Of a DNA stretch of 36,057 nucleotides, positions 1-10,144 are shown piece after piece. Made by a program: the position numbers and the translations under genes. Source of the stretch: an uncultured Atribacterota bacterium (GTDB taxonomy: Bacteria; Atribacterota; Phoenicimicrobiia; Phoenicimicrobiales; Stramentimicrobiaceae); assembly GCA_964485485.1 (NCBI GenBank), contig CAZAJW010000141.1, forward strand, positions 1-36,057, written 5' to 3'. The notes under the pieces were generated by a model, which had not been told where the DNA came from, did no database searches, and saw only the letters and a list, made by a program, of their open reading frames with translations. Each line of letters begins with the position of its first letter. Within the stretch, counting starts at the first letter, position 1.

Positions 1-10
1 GGTGTTTTAA

Positions 11-1288
11 ATGAAATGTTCATTTTGCGGGAAAGACCAAAGTGAAGTCAAAAAAATTGTTTCAGGTCCTAATGGGGTCAATATCTGCAGTGAATGCATA
101 CAAGTTTGCGGTTATATCTTGAAAGAGGATAAAAAAAAGAAAAATAACGAACATTTTTCTATAAAAAATATTCCTATTCCTGAAGAGATTAAAAAATATC
201 TTGACCAATATGTTATTGGACAGGAAAAAGCAAAGAAAATTCTTTCTGTTGCAGTTTATAATCATTATCAGAGAATTAAGAATAACCTCTCCAGGAATCA
301 AGTTGACAAAAAATCTAAAAAAATTGATGATTTTGTTGAAATGGAGAAAAGCAATATCCTTTTATTGGGACCAAGTGGTTGTGGTAAAACTCTTTTAGCC
401 CGAACATTGGCAAAAAAACTTGAGGTTCCTTTTGCAATTGCAGATGCTACTACTCTGACTGAGGCAGGATACGTCGGTGATGATGTGGAAAATGTTCTAT
501 TAAAGCTATATCATGCTGCAGATGAAGATATCGAAAAAGCCCAAAATGGGATAATATATATTGATGAAATAGATAAAATAGCTCGTAAATCAGAGAACCC
601 CTCTATTACCCGAGATGTTTCCGGGGAAGGAGTTCAGCAGGCGCTGCTAAAAATTATCGAAGGAACTATTTCCAGTATGCCCATGCAAGGGGGTAGAAAG
701 CATCCCCATCAAAAGAATATTGAGATTGATACTTCCCAGATACTTTTTATCTGTGGAGGTTCCTTTGAGGGACTAGAAAATATTATCAAGAGTAGAATGC
801 AGGCTCACCAAATCGGTTTTAATGCTGACATTTATGGTGATGGTAGCAGATATAGTAATATTAAATCAATCCTTCCCAGAGTACTGCCGGAAGATTTAAT
901 AAAATTTGGGTTGATTCCTGAATTAGTCGGTCGCCTGACAATTATTTCAACCATTGACAATCTCGATAAGCAAGCCCTGGTGGATATCCTGACTAAACCG
1001 AAAAATGCTGTCACTTTACAGTATCAACGGATATTACAGAACCAGGGAGTCGAGCTGAAATTTACCCGTCCAGCCTTAGAAGCAGTAGCAAAGAAAGCGT
1101 TGAGCAGAAAGACCGGGGCTAGAGGACTAAGGTCAATTATCGAGGAATCAATGCTGGAAATCATGTATCAGATTCCCTCAATGAAGAATATCAAAGGGTG
1201 TACGATTACCAAAAAAGTGATTGAAGATAATGAAGTTCCGATATTGATTGAAGATAATAATATTAAGCAAGAAAGAGAAACTGCCTGA
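11..1288 (+). CDS. clpX: ATP-dependent Clp protease ATP-binding subunit ClpX
   Basis: N-terminal C4 zinc finger (CSFC..CSEC), Walker [13 protein letters not shown] pore loop, Walker [26 protein letters not shown] motif, IGF loop. Confidence 0.98.
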   Translation: MKCSFCGKDQSEVKKIVSGPNGVNICSECIQVCGYILKEDKKKKNNEHFSIKNIPIPEEIKKYLDQYVIGQEKAKKILSVAVYNHYQRIKNNLSRNQVDKKSKKIDDFVEMEKSNILLLGPSGCGKTLLARTLAKKLEVPFAIADATTLTEAGYVGDDVENVLLKLYHAADEDIEKAQNGIIYIDEIDKIARKSENPSITRDVSGEGVQQALLKIIEGTISSMPMQGGRKHPHQKNIEIDTSQILFICGGSFEGLENIIKSRMQAHQIGFNADIYGDGSRYSNIKSILPRVLPEDLIKFGLIPELVGRLTIISTIDNLDKQALVDILTKPKNAVTLQYQRILQNQGVELKFTRPALEAVAKKALSRKTGARGLRSIIEESMLEIMYQIPSMKNIKGCTITKKVIEDNEVPILIEDNNIKQERETA

Positions 1289-1309
1289 TAAGGCAGTTTC
1301 TCTTTCTTG
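1268..1309 (+). terminator. Perfect 19-bp inverted repeat at clpX 3' end, probable terminator
   Basis: CAAGAAAGAGAAACTGCCT (1268-1286), loop GATA, AGGCAGTTTCTCTTTCTTG (1291-1309); 3' arm is pyrimidine-rich. Confidence 0.75.
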
Positions 1310-1335
1310 ACATCTTAAGACAAACATTGTAACAT
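1307..1335 (+). promoter_or_regulatory. Sigma70/SigA-type promoter for the valS leader
   Basis: TTGACA (1307-1312), 17 bp spacer, TAACAT (1330-1335). Confidence 0.7.
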
Positions 1336-1356
1336 ATCAGCAGTATTATATAAATT

Positions 1357-1573
1357 GGCAATGAAGGGATTTAGTAAATATTAATCTGATTAATTCAGTT
1401 GATATTGAATGTCCTCCCCGAGCCTTTTTCCGAAATATAAAAGTAAGTTTTATCGGTTGAACCGTTAACACTATATTGAGTGCCTGTTCTTAACATTTGA
1501 GTAACAGAGAACAGGAATTAAGGTGGTACCGCGAACCCTTTCCGTCCTTAAAAAGGATGAAAAGGGTTTTTTT
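1357..1573 (+). ncRNA. T-box riboswitch (Val) upstream of valS
   Basis: T-box AAGGTGGTACCGCG (1520-1533), CCGTTA F-box (1461-1466), Stem III CCTGTTCT/AGAACAGG, terminator AACCCTTT...AAAGGGTT plus T-run (1534-1573), putative specifier GTC = Val (1411-1413). Confidence 0.93.
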
Positions 1574-1626
1574 ATGAAAAAATTCTCATTATTTTACTAA
1601 AACAAAAAGAAGATACGGGAGAATAT

Positions 1627-4299
1627 ATGATGGAAAAACAACAGCAAAGTCAATTACAATCTGTTTATAATCCAAAAATTGTGGAAGATCACTGGTATCA
1701 ATTTTGGTTAGAAAATGATCTTTTCACTGCCAGGAATAATAAAGATAAGAAGAATAATTATTCTATTGTCATGCCCCCACCCAATATCACTGGTTCATTA
1801 CATATTGGACATGCACTTAATAATACATTGCAAGATATTATTATCCGCTGGAAAAGGATGCAAGGGCATAATGTTCTCTGGCTTCCTGGTACCGATCATG
1901 CCGGTATAGCTACTCAGAATGTGGTAGAAAGAGAAATTGCCAAAGAAGGCAAAACAAGGTATGACCTTGGAAGGGAAGAATTTACAAAACGGGCTTGGCA
2001 ATGCCGAGAAAAATATGGCTCAAATATTCTTAACCAGTTAAAAAAGATGGGCTGCTCCTGTGATTGGTCTCGCTTAAGATTTACATTAGATGAGGGATTA
2101 TCAAAGGCAGTAAGGAAAGTATTTGTTACCTTATATCAGGAAGGCCTTATTTATCGCTCTAATTATGTAATTAACTGGTGCCCACGCTGTAAAACGGCAT
2201 TAGCGGATATTGAAGTTGAACAGAGAGAGGAAAATGCCAAACTTTATTATGTAATTTATCCATTAAAAGACTCAGTAGAAGAATATATTGTTGTTGCTAC
2301 TACCCGTCCTGAGACAATGCTTGGGGATACTGCAATTGCCGTTAATCCTAAAGATAAGCGTTACGAAAAATATATTGGTAAGATAGCTATATTACCCTTG
2401 GTTGGAAGAGAACTGCCCATTGTAGCTGATGACTATGTGGACCCAGAATTTGGAACCGGTTCAGTCAAGATTACTCCGGCACATGATTTAAATGATTTTG
2501 AATTAGGCCAGAGGCATAAACTTGAAGAAATAAATATATTAAATGATGATGGAACTATGAATAAAAATGCCGGAGAGTATATTAATATGACGGCTCTTGA
2601 GTGTCGGGAAAAAATACTGGAAGACCTTAAAGATAAAAAATATTTAAAAAAAGTAGAGAATTACAAACATTCAATAGGACATTGTTATCGATGTGATACA
2701 GTGATTGAGCCCTATCTTTCAAAACAATGGTTTGTTAAGATAGAAGACTTGGCAAAACCAGCCATTGATGCAGTAGAGAGCAACAAAACAACTTTTATTC
2801 CCAAAAGATGGTCAAAGGTCTATTTTGAATGGATGTATAATATAAGGGATTGGTGTATCTCGCGTCAGTTGTGGTGGGGACATCGTATCCCAGTATGGTA
2901 TTGCAAGGATTGCGGTGAGATGATGGTCAGGATGGATGACCCTTCCGAATGTTCCAAATGTCATAGCAGGAATATCGTGCAAGATAAAGATGTTCTCGAT
3001 ACCTGGTTTAGTTCAGCGCTCTGGCCTTTCTCTACGCTTGGCTGGCCTGAACAAACTTCTGATTTAGAACAATTTTATCCAACCTCTTTGTTAGTCACTG
3101 GATTTGATATTATATTTTTCTGGGTTGCCCGAATGATGATGATGGGCCTTAAGTTCAGAGGAGACATTCCTTTTGAGAAAGTATTCATCAACCCTTTAAT
3201 TAAAGACATTGAAGGAAAAAAAATGAGCAAATCAAAAGGAAATGTTATTGACCCTTTATTGATGATTGATGAATACGGTGCTGATGCCTTAAGAATGACT
3301 TTGGCTGCTCTAACTATTCAGGCAAATTACATTCGTTTGTCAAAGGATAAAATTGAGACATTCAGGAACTTTACCAATAAGATATGGAATGTTGCCCGCT
3401 TTTCTTTAACTCACCTTGAAGACTTTAATCCCAAAGAAGTAAAGGAAGAAAATCTGCAATTTAGTCTATTTGATGAATGGATACTTTATCAACTGAATAA
3501 TACTATCAAAAAGGTTACCGAAAGTCTTAATAACTTTAAATTTAGTGATGCGGCTATGGCTATATATGAATTTACCTGGAATTATTTTTGTGACTGGTAT
3601 GTTGAGTTAATTAAGGAAACATTGTACCGTAAAGAAAGCAGTCCGGAGAAGGAAACAGCTCAATATGTTTTATGGTTCGTACTGGATAATATTCTCAGGC
3701 TACTACATCCTTTTATGCCCTTTATTACTGAAGAGATATGGCAAAAAATACCACATCAGGAATTAAGCATTTCTATTTCTAAATGGCCCGAATATAAAAA
3801 GGAGAGAGCAAAAAAGAATCTGGAAGAAAGAGTATATACCATTCAGGAAGTTATCAAAACAATTCGTAATATTAAAGCTGAAATGAATATTCCTCTTACC
3901 AGAGGCATTGATGTCTTTAGTAAAATTGTTGACAGCAGTAAGGGAAAATTAATAGAAGAGCACCTGTCTTTCATAAAGAATCTTGCTCATGTTCAATCTT
4001 TTGAAGTAAGTGATTCAATGGAAAAACCGGAATGCTCTGCTACAGGCGTTTTAGAGGATATAGAGATATTTGTTCCCTTAAAAGAAGTTATTGATTTAGA
4101 TGCAGAGGTACATCGCTTAGAAAAAAAATTACAGAAGATTGAAAAAGACATGATTATTATTAATAAAAAATTGAACAATGCAGACTTTATCCAGAAGGCA
4201 CCTGATAAAATTATTAACAAAGAAAAAGAAAAAATAAAAGAGCTAACTGATATACGTGATAGAATTCAAAAAAATCTGAAAGCACTCAAATCGGTATGA
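1627..4299 (+). CDS. valS: Valyl-tRNA synthetase
   Basis: PPPNITGSLHIGH (HIGH), DHAGIATQ, DWCISRQLWWGHRIP, KMSKS, C-terminal coiled coil; start 1627 or 1630. Confidence 0.99.
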   Translation: MMEKQQQSQLQSVYNPKIVEDHWYQFWLENDLFTARNNKDKKNNYSIVMPPPNITGSLHIGHALNNTLQDIIIRWKRMQGHNVLWLPGTDHAGIATQNVVEREIAKEGKTRYDLGREEFTKRAWQCREKYGSNILNQLKKMGCSCDWSRLRFTLDEGLSKAVRKVFVTLYQEGLIYRSNYVINWCPRCKTALADIEVEQREENAKLYYVIYPLKDSVEEYIVVATTRPETMLGDTAIAVNPKDKRYEKYIGKIAILPLVGRELPIVADDYVDPEFGTGSVKITPAHDLNDFELGQRHKLEEINILNDDGTMNKNAGEYINMTALECREKILEDLKDKKYLKKVENYKHSIGHCYRCDTVIEPYLSKQWFVKIEDLAKPAIDAVESNKTTFIPKRWSKVYFEWMYNIRDWCISRQLWWGHRIPVWYCKDCGEMMVRMDDPSECSKCHSRNIVQDKDVLDTWFSSALWPFSTLGWPEQTSDLEQFYPTSLLVTGFDIIFFWVARMMMMGLKFRGDIPFEKVFINPLIKDIEGKKMSKSKGNVIDPLLMIDEYGADALRMTLAALTIQANYIRLSKDKIETFRNFTNKIWNVARFSLTHLEDFNPKEVKEENLQFSLFDEWILYQLNNTIKKVTESLNNFKFSDAAMAIYEFTWNYFCDWYVELIKETLYRKESSPEKETAQYVLWFVLDNILRLLHPFMPFITEEIWQKIPHQELSISISKWPEYKKERAKKNLEERVYTIQEVIKTIRNIKAEMNIPLTRGIDVFSKIVDSSKGKLIEEHLSFIKNLAHVQSFEVSDSMEKPECSATGVLEDIEIFVPLKEVIDLDAEVHRLEKKLQKIEKDMIIINKKLNNADFIQKAPDKIINKEKEKIKELTDIRDRIQKNLKALKSV

Positions 4300-5612
4300 T
4301 AGATTATCAACAAGCAATTGAATATATATATGGTTTGAATAAATATGGGATTAAATTAGGTCTCAAGAACATTTCTTGTTTACTTTCTCTTTTTAATAAT
4401 CCCCATTTAAAGACCAAGGTAATCCATATTGCCGGTACAAACGGTAAAGGCTCCACAGCAGCAATGATATTTTCAATATTAAAAGCTGCCGGATATAAAG
4501 TGGGGTTATATACTTCTCCGCACCTGGTTCATTTTCAGGAGAGAATGAGGATAAACGAAAAATTAATATCTCAGCATGATGTTTGTTCTCTTCTGAAAAG
4601 GATAAAACCAGCTATAGAAAAAGTAGCCAGGAAAGAAGGATACCAGCATCCCACCTTTTTTGAGGTCATAACTACCATGGCGTTTGTTTATTTTTATGAA
4701 AACGAGGTAGACTTCTCTATTATGGAAGCTGGTTTAGGTGGACGACTCGATGCTACGAATGTTTGCCAATCCCTTGTTTCTGTTATTAGTCATATTGACT
4801 ATGACCATATGGACAAGTTAGGCAGTACCTTAACTGAAATTGCTCGTGAAAAAGGGGAAATTATTAAAGATAAGACATATGTAATCAATGCTGAACAATA
4901 CCCGGAAGCAGATAGGGTAATTAATTCTATAGCAGAAGAAAGACAGTCTCCTGTATATTCGGTGGGTCAAGAGATCAAATCATATCCGATTTATTCTGAT
5001 TTAGAGGGAAACAATTTTAATTACTCCGGAATTTATCGTAAACTTAATGATTTGCATATCCCATTGGTGGGGGAATATCAGGTTGAGAATGCTGCAATGG
5101 CAATTGCTGTAACAGAACTGTTAAATAAGATGGATTTTGTTATAAATAAGCAAGCAATTTTGAATGGTCTAAGAGATAGCCAATGGCCGGGTAGATTTGA
5201 AATTGTACAAAAAGAGCCAATGGTTATCCTTGATGGAGCTCATAATCCCAATGGAGTTGCCCAATTTAGCAAAAATTTAAGGAAGTTTGTTCCGGACAAA
5301 AAGATTATAGCGATTTTGGGTATCTTTAGTGATAAAGACTATCAAGGTATTCTCAAGAATATAGTTCCTCTTGCAGACCAAATTATCATAACGATGGCAA
5401 ATAATCCCCGGGCTACACCAACTCATATACTTGCTAGAGAAGCAGGTCGTTATATTAATCCTGACAAAATAATAGAAAAAACAACTGTTGATGCTGCTAT
5501 TCAAGAATCTCTCAAGATTTCTAAAAAAGATAGTGTTATTTGTGTAACCGGTTCACTGTACACTGTTGGAGAAGCGAAGGCTTATTTTCTCAAAAAGAAG
5601 AATGATAAGTAA
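4296..5612 (+). CDS. folC: Folylpolyglutamate synthase / dihydrofolate synthase
   Basis: HIAGTNGKGST, YTSPHL, EAGLGGRLDATN, WPGRFE, LDGAHNP, TGSLY; ATGA overlap with valS (classic valS-folC pair). Confidence 0.97.
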   Translation: MIDYQQAIEYIYGLNKYGIKLGLKNISCLLSLFNNPHLKTKVIHIAGTNGKGSTAAMIFSILKAAGYKVGLYTSPHLVHFQERMRINEKLISQHDVCSLLKRIKPAIEKVARKEGYQHPTFFEVITTMAFVYFYENEVDFSIMEAGLGGRLDATNVCQSLVSVISHIDYDHMDKLGSTLTEIAREKGEIIKDKTYVINAEQYPEADRVINSIAEERQSPVYSVGQEIKSYPIYSDLEGNNFNYSGIYRKLNDLHIPLVGEYQVENAAMAIAVTELLNKMDFVINKQAILNGLRDSQWPGRFEIVQKEPMVILDGAHNPNGVAQFSKNLRKFVPDKKIIAILGIFSDKDYQGILKNIVPLADQIIITMANNPRATPTHILAREAGRYINPDKIIEKTTVDAAIQESLKISKKDSVICVTGSLYTVGEAKAYFLKKKNDK

Positions 5613-5665
5613 AGGAAGTTATTGTCAGGAAATAAGGAGAAAAGATAAGAAGAGGAGAATCAATT

Positions 5666-6295
5666 ATGTTCAATCTTTCCAGACAGGAAAAAATTGTTTT
5701 TCTGATTATTATTTCAGCACTTTTAATAACTTTCAGTTGGAAATTGTATAGCAAAGAAAAAAGCAGTATTACCATAGTGCCAACTGCTGAGATAGGTGAA
5801 AATGATAACCGGGAAGAAAATGAAATAATTGATAAAAAAATATGTATCGTTCATATTTCGGGAGCAGTTAATCACCCTGGCGTGTATCAATTGACTGAAG
5901 GTGAACGGATAATTGATGCTGTGAAGATGGCTGGCGGGGAGATGGAAAGGGCGAATGTGGATGCTGTTAATCTAGCTGCCCACCTTTATGATGGACAAAA
6001 AATAGTGATCCCATTTATTTCAGAAAACAACGCAGATGAAGTTGCCCAAAAGGATATAGCGAATGAAGAATTACGTCAACCTGATTACTCCGTTAACAGT
6101 ACTCTATTAAATCTTAATGCTGTTACCTCTAATCAGCTAGAAACTTTGCCCGGCATCGGTCCGGCCTTAGCGGAGCGTATTCTTGCTTATCGCAAGGATC
6201 ATGGTTTATTTAAGAATATCGAAGATGTTATGAATGTTTCAGGAATTGGAGAAAAGAGGTTCGAAAGTATTAAGGAGTACATCACTGTCTATTAA
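5666..6295 (+). CDS. comEA: ComEA-family DNA-binding protein (N-terminal TM, SLBB, HhH)
   Basis: VHISGAVNHPGVY (SLBB), LPGIGPALA and VSGIGEK helix-hairpin-helix motifs, RBS GAGGAG. Confidence 0.93.
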   Translation: MFNLSRQEKIVFLIIISALLITFSWKLYSKEKSSITIVPTAEIGENDNREENEIIDKKICIVHISGAVNHPGVYQLTEGERIIDAVKMAGGEMERANVDAVNLAAHLYDGQKIVIPFISENNADEVAQKDIANEELRQPDYSVNSTLLNLNAVTSNQLETLPGIGPALAERILAYRKDHGLFKNIEDVMNVSGIGEKRFESIKEYITVY

Positions 6296-8684
6296 ACAGG
6301 TTCACACATTATCGTATATACAAAATCCCCTTCTTTTATTATTATCATCCTATGTCGCCGGAATTATTTTAGCCAATATTTTTGGCTTTCTAGATTATTT
6401 CAGTTTGTTTATTATTTTCATAATTGTTTGTTTTTTAAGCTGGCTGTCTTATAAGAATGATTGGAAAATTACCATAATTTTATTTTTATTATCCTTTCTA
6501 TTTATAGGCATGGTAAACACATCCTATCATTTGCAGCCAGTTGGCCCTAATAATATATATAATTTTAGTGGGGAGCAAGGAAATCTTTTCGGAACTGTCT
6601 GTCATGCAGAAATTAAACAAGCTTATAATTATCAGGAAATTCAAGTAAAGACTAACTTCTTTCAATTATATGATAAGCGCTACCAAGCTAACGGTCATGT
6701 CTTGTTGAGGGTATATGGTGTTGAGCCGGTTATAAAATTTGGTGATGTTATAAAAGCAGAGGTATTATTACAAGAACCTGAATTGCCCGGAAATTTTGGT
6801 GAATTTAATTATCGGGATTATTTGAAAAGGCAAAATATTTTTTTGACCGATAGTATAGAAATTAATAAGCTGGAAATTACTGGACATAGTGAAAATTTAA
6901 GTATTAACTCCCTTATTTATGGCATCAAAAATAGAATAACCCGGAAGATTGAAAAAATATATAAATCCCCTGGGAAAAGTCTAATAAAAGCAATTCTAAT
7001 AGGAGATAAAACCGAAATATCTCGAGAGTTGACCGATATATTTCAAGATGCAGGTATCATGCATATACTTGCCATTTCTGGTTTGCATGTAGGCATAATT
7101 GCTATTGTTTTGCTTTTTATTTTCAATTTGATACCGAAATATTGGATAAATGATTTATTTAAATATCTTATTATCATTATCATTATGTTAGGATATGCTG
7201 CTATGACAGGGTTTCGTCCCTCGGTAAGCAGAGCGACTTTGATGCTTGCTATTGTAATTATTGCAAAATGTTTTAATCGACCTTACCACATATATAACAG
7301 CCTATACCTGGCAGCTTTTTTGATTTTATTATGGCAGCCCCTGTATGTGTATGATGCCGGTTTTTTGCTTTCCTTTGTGGTTACATTCTTTATTATTTTT
7401 CTAGCTCCGATCCTGGAAGACAAATTAGAATATTTGCCTTCCTATTTTAGAAAACTTTTCTCAGTATCATTATCGGCCTGGTTGGGAGTAGTTCCCTTAT
7501 CTGCTTATTTTTTTTATAAAATATCTTTTATCGGGATTCTATCTAATATTATCATCATTCCACTAATCGGAGTTATCCTAATTTTGGCTTTGCTTTCTAT
7601 TTTTTTATCCTTTTTATTCCTGCCAATTGCTCAGTTGTTTTCATTGTTTAACGAAGTTTTGATTAATTTATTGCTTATAGCAGGAAAAAAATTATCATCA
7701 TTACCTTTTGCCTATCAACATGTTGCGCAACCTGGTTTAGCTTCAATAATTCTTTATTACATTATTATTTTGACGGTTTTTTATTCTATCCACTTCTGGG
7801 CCAAGTATGATTTATTGGAAAAAAAGCGCAGATTTTGGCTAATAGTATCTTTCAGTTTTATTTTGATATTTATAAATGTTCTTTTTCCATCATCTTTACT
7901 GGCTGTGCATTTTATTAATGTAGGGCAGGGTGATTGTATTTTAGTGCAAACTCCACAGAAAAAGAATATTTTAATCGATGGTGGTGGCACGCCATATAGT
8001 GATTATGATATAGGTAAAAATATCGTTATTCCCTATTTAAGGCGTGAAGGAATCAGCCAGATTGATATCATGTTTTTAACTCACCCTGATACGGACCATT
8101 TGGAAGGACTATTGCCTGTACTGAAAGAAATGAAAGTTAATTTGGTAGTGGATAGCGGTGTACAATATCAGGATAAAATGTATCTAGATTTTCTTTCTCT
8201 AATTCAAGAAGATGAAAATATTTCTTACTTTCAAACAAGAGCAGGGGATGTGATACGAATAGGCTCTGATATCGAGATTTCTATTATAAATCCTTCCATA
8301 GTCTCTAATTGTGTGCTTGAAAATGATTTCAATAACAATTCGATTGTGCTAAAATTACAATATAAAAATACAGATTTTTTATTTACAGGTGACATAGAAG
8401 AGCCCGCTGAAATAAATATATTGTCCAGAAACAATTTGCTGAAAAGTGATATATTAAAAGTTGCACACCATGGCAGTGACAGCTCTACAGGAGATTTATT
8501 TTTAGAGAAAATAAAACCCGAAGTTGCTATAATTTCAGTTGGCGCTAACAATTTTGGACATCCTAATCCGGATGTAATTAAAAAATTAGAAAAAAAATGT
8601 CAGAAAGTATTTCGGACTGACCTGAATGGTACTATTATAGTAAGAAGTAATGGTAGTAAATATTATATTAATATTCTTAGGTGA
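6234..8684 (+). CDS. comEC: DNA internalization competence protein ComEC/Rec2 (start uncertain, possibly CTG at 6285)
   Basis: HILAISGLHVG competence domain, GFLLSF, metallo-beta-lactamase domain NVGQGD, THPDTDH, LFTGD, KVAHHGS, FGHP. Confidence 0.95.
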   Translation: MFQELEKRGSKVLRSTSLSIKQVHTLSYIQNPLLLLLSSYVAGIILANIFGFLDYFSLFIIFIIVCFLSWLSYKNDWKITIILFLLSFLFIGMVNTSYHLQPVGPNNIYNFSGEQGNLFGTVCHAEIKQAYNYQEIQVKTNFFQLYDKRYQANGHVLLRVYGVEPVIKFGDVIKAEVLLQEPELPGNFGEFNYRDYLKRQNIFLTDSIEINKLEITGHSENLSINSLIYGIKNRITRKIEKIYKSPGKSLIKAILIGDKTEISRELTDIFQDAGIMHILAISGLHVGIIAIVLLFIFNLIPKYWINDLFKYLIIIIIMLGYAAMTGFRPSVSRATLMLAIVIIAKCFNRPYHIYNSLYLAAFLILLWQPLYVYDAGFLLSFVVTFFIIFLAPILEDKLEYLPSYFRKLFSVSLSAWLGVVPLSAYFFYKISFIGILSNIIIIPLIGVILILALLSIFLSFLFLPIAQLFSLFNEVLINLLLIAGKKLSSLPFAYQHVAQPGLASIILYYIIILTVFYSIHFWAKYDLLEKKRRFWLIVSFSFILIFINVLFPSSLLAVHFINVGQGDCILVQTPQKKNILIDGGGTPYSDYDIGKNIVIPYLRREGISQIDIMFLTHPDTDHLEGLLPVLKEMKVNLVVDSGVQYQDKMYLDFLSLIQEDENISYFQTRAGDVIRIGSDIEISIINPSIVSNCVLENDFNNNSIVLKLQYKNTDFLFTGDIEEPAEINILSRNNLLKSDILKVAHHGSDSSTGDLFLEKIKPEVAIISVGANNFGHPNPDVIKKLEKKCQKVFRTDLNGTIIVRSNGSKYYINILR

Positions 8685-8691
8685 TTAATAC

Positions 8692-9702
8692 ATGGCAAAA
8701 CAACAGATTACTGATTTTTTTCAATTGCAAAAGGATATAAACAGTAACTCACTAAAACCAATCTATCTTTTATATGGAGAAGAAAGTTATCTTCATAATA
8801 TAATACAAGATAATATTAAAGCTCATTTCCGTAATGGTAAGGAGTCTGTTAATTATGAAATATTTTATGGAGAAAATATTGATTTTAACCGATTGGTAAA
8901 TTCTATTAAGATATTGCCTCTGGGTACTGAGAAACAGGTTATTATTCTTAAACATTTAGAAAAACTGAGTGATTCCTATGCTAAAAAGTTAGATTTTCTT
9001 ATTAAGAGTAAATCATTCCAGGATGATAGTGTAATTATTTTAATCTTTAGTTTAAATAAAAAAATACCTACCAATATATCTTTAGAAAGAATAAAGAAGT
9101 ATGGTAGTATAGTTTCTCTAAAAAAACCCAAGTCATATCAAATTAAACAATGGGTTAATCAAAAATGCCGAGAAAATAATTTAAACATATTGCCAGAAGC
9201 TTTATATTATCTGCAAAGATTAACAGATAATGACTTAGGCAGAATTGACAATGAATTAGAGAAAATATCCTGCTATTTGGGTAAAAATTCTTCTATGATA
9301 AAAAGGGAAGATATCATTAATAACTTTTTTGGCTCAGAGGAGGTTAATATTTTTAATTTTGTAGACGCAATTGGTGAAAGAAAAACAAAATTAGCTTTAA
9401 AACTGTTAGAAAAATTAGCAGAAAACGAGTATCATCCATTATCATTATTGGCTATGATAAGTCGTCAAATAAAATTAATATTGAGGGCGAAATTATATTA
9501 TGGTAATCAAGAAAAACTAAAGGGAGAATTACATCTCCCTCCTTTTGTTATAGATAAGTTAATCCAGCAGTCGCATAAATTTAAATTAGAAAAATTGAAA
9601 AATATTTTTCGGCATCTGTTAGATGCCGAAAGAAAATTAAAAACAGGATATTTTAATCCTGTTTTGGTACTAGAACAATTGGTAATAGAAATTACCAATT
9701 AG
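8692..9702 (+). CDS. holA: DNA polymerase III delta subunit
   Basis: PIYLLYGEE N-terminus, NELEK, IFNFVDAI, ERKLKTG; conserved comEC-holA-rpsT order. Confidence 0.92.
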   Translation: MAKQQITDFFQLQKDINSNSLKPIYLLYGEESYLHNIIQDNIKAHFRNGKESVNYEIFYGENIDFNRLVNSIKILPLGTEKQVIILKHLEKLSDSYAKKLDFLIKSKSFQDDSVIILIFSLNKKIPTNISLERIKKYGSIVSLKKPKSYQIKQWVNQKCRENNLNILPEALYYLQRLTDNDLGRIDNELEKISCYLGKNSSMIKREDIINNFFGSEEVNIFNFVDAIGERKTKLALKLLEKLAENEYHPLSLLAMISRQIKLILRAKLYYGNQEKLKGELHLPPFVIDKLIQQSHKFKLEKLKNIFRHLLDAERKLKTGYFNPVLVLEQLVIEITN

Positions 9703-9715
9703 CTGATTAATTCTA

Positions 9716-10024
9716 TTATTTCTTTTCATTATCATTTTTAATATTTTTAGCTTGCTTGCTTTGGGAAAGATTTTTAAGTTTCTTTGCTAATAATGATTTC
9801 TTACGGGCAACAGTATTTTTTGCAAAAATACCTTTTTGCGCCGCTTTGTCTAAAATAGAAATACACTGATGATAACTTTGATTAGCATCTTCTATGTTTT
9901 CACTATTAAGTGAATTTTCGAATTTCTTAATTAATGTTTTAACTTTTGATTTGTAAGCAGAATTTTTTAGACGTTGTCTTTCTGATATTTTAACTCTTTT
10001 AATGGCAGATTTTATAATAGGCAT
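9716..10024 (-). CDS. rpsT: 30S ribosomal protein S20
   Basis: MPIIKSAIKR start, DKAAQKG..KNTVARKKS; start moved to the ATG at 10024. Confidence 0.96.
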   Translation of the reverse strand: MPIIKSAIKRVKISERQRLKNSAYKSKVKTLIKKFENSLNSENIEDANQSYHQCISILDKAAQKGIFAKNTVARKKSLLAKKLKNLSQSKQAKNIKNDNEKK

Positions 10025-10066
10025 ATTAGTATCCTTTTTTCCTTTCAAAAAATATTTTGCTGGTAA

Positions 10067-10095
10067 ATTTTAACATCTTTTATGCTTAAAATCAA
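10067..10095 (-). promoter_or_regulatory. Putative sigma70 promoter for rpsT
   Basis: Minus strand TTGATT, 17 bp, TG-n-TAAAAT. Confidence 0.55.
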
Positions 10096-10144
10096 GCAGT
10101 AATAAAAACGTATCTTAAGTAAATAAATCGAGGGGTTTAAAAGA

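Noticed and set aside
9703-9715. Bidirectional terminator between convergent holA and rpsT
   Set aside because: The gap is only 13 bp with a weak AT-rich palindrome; no convincing stem.
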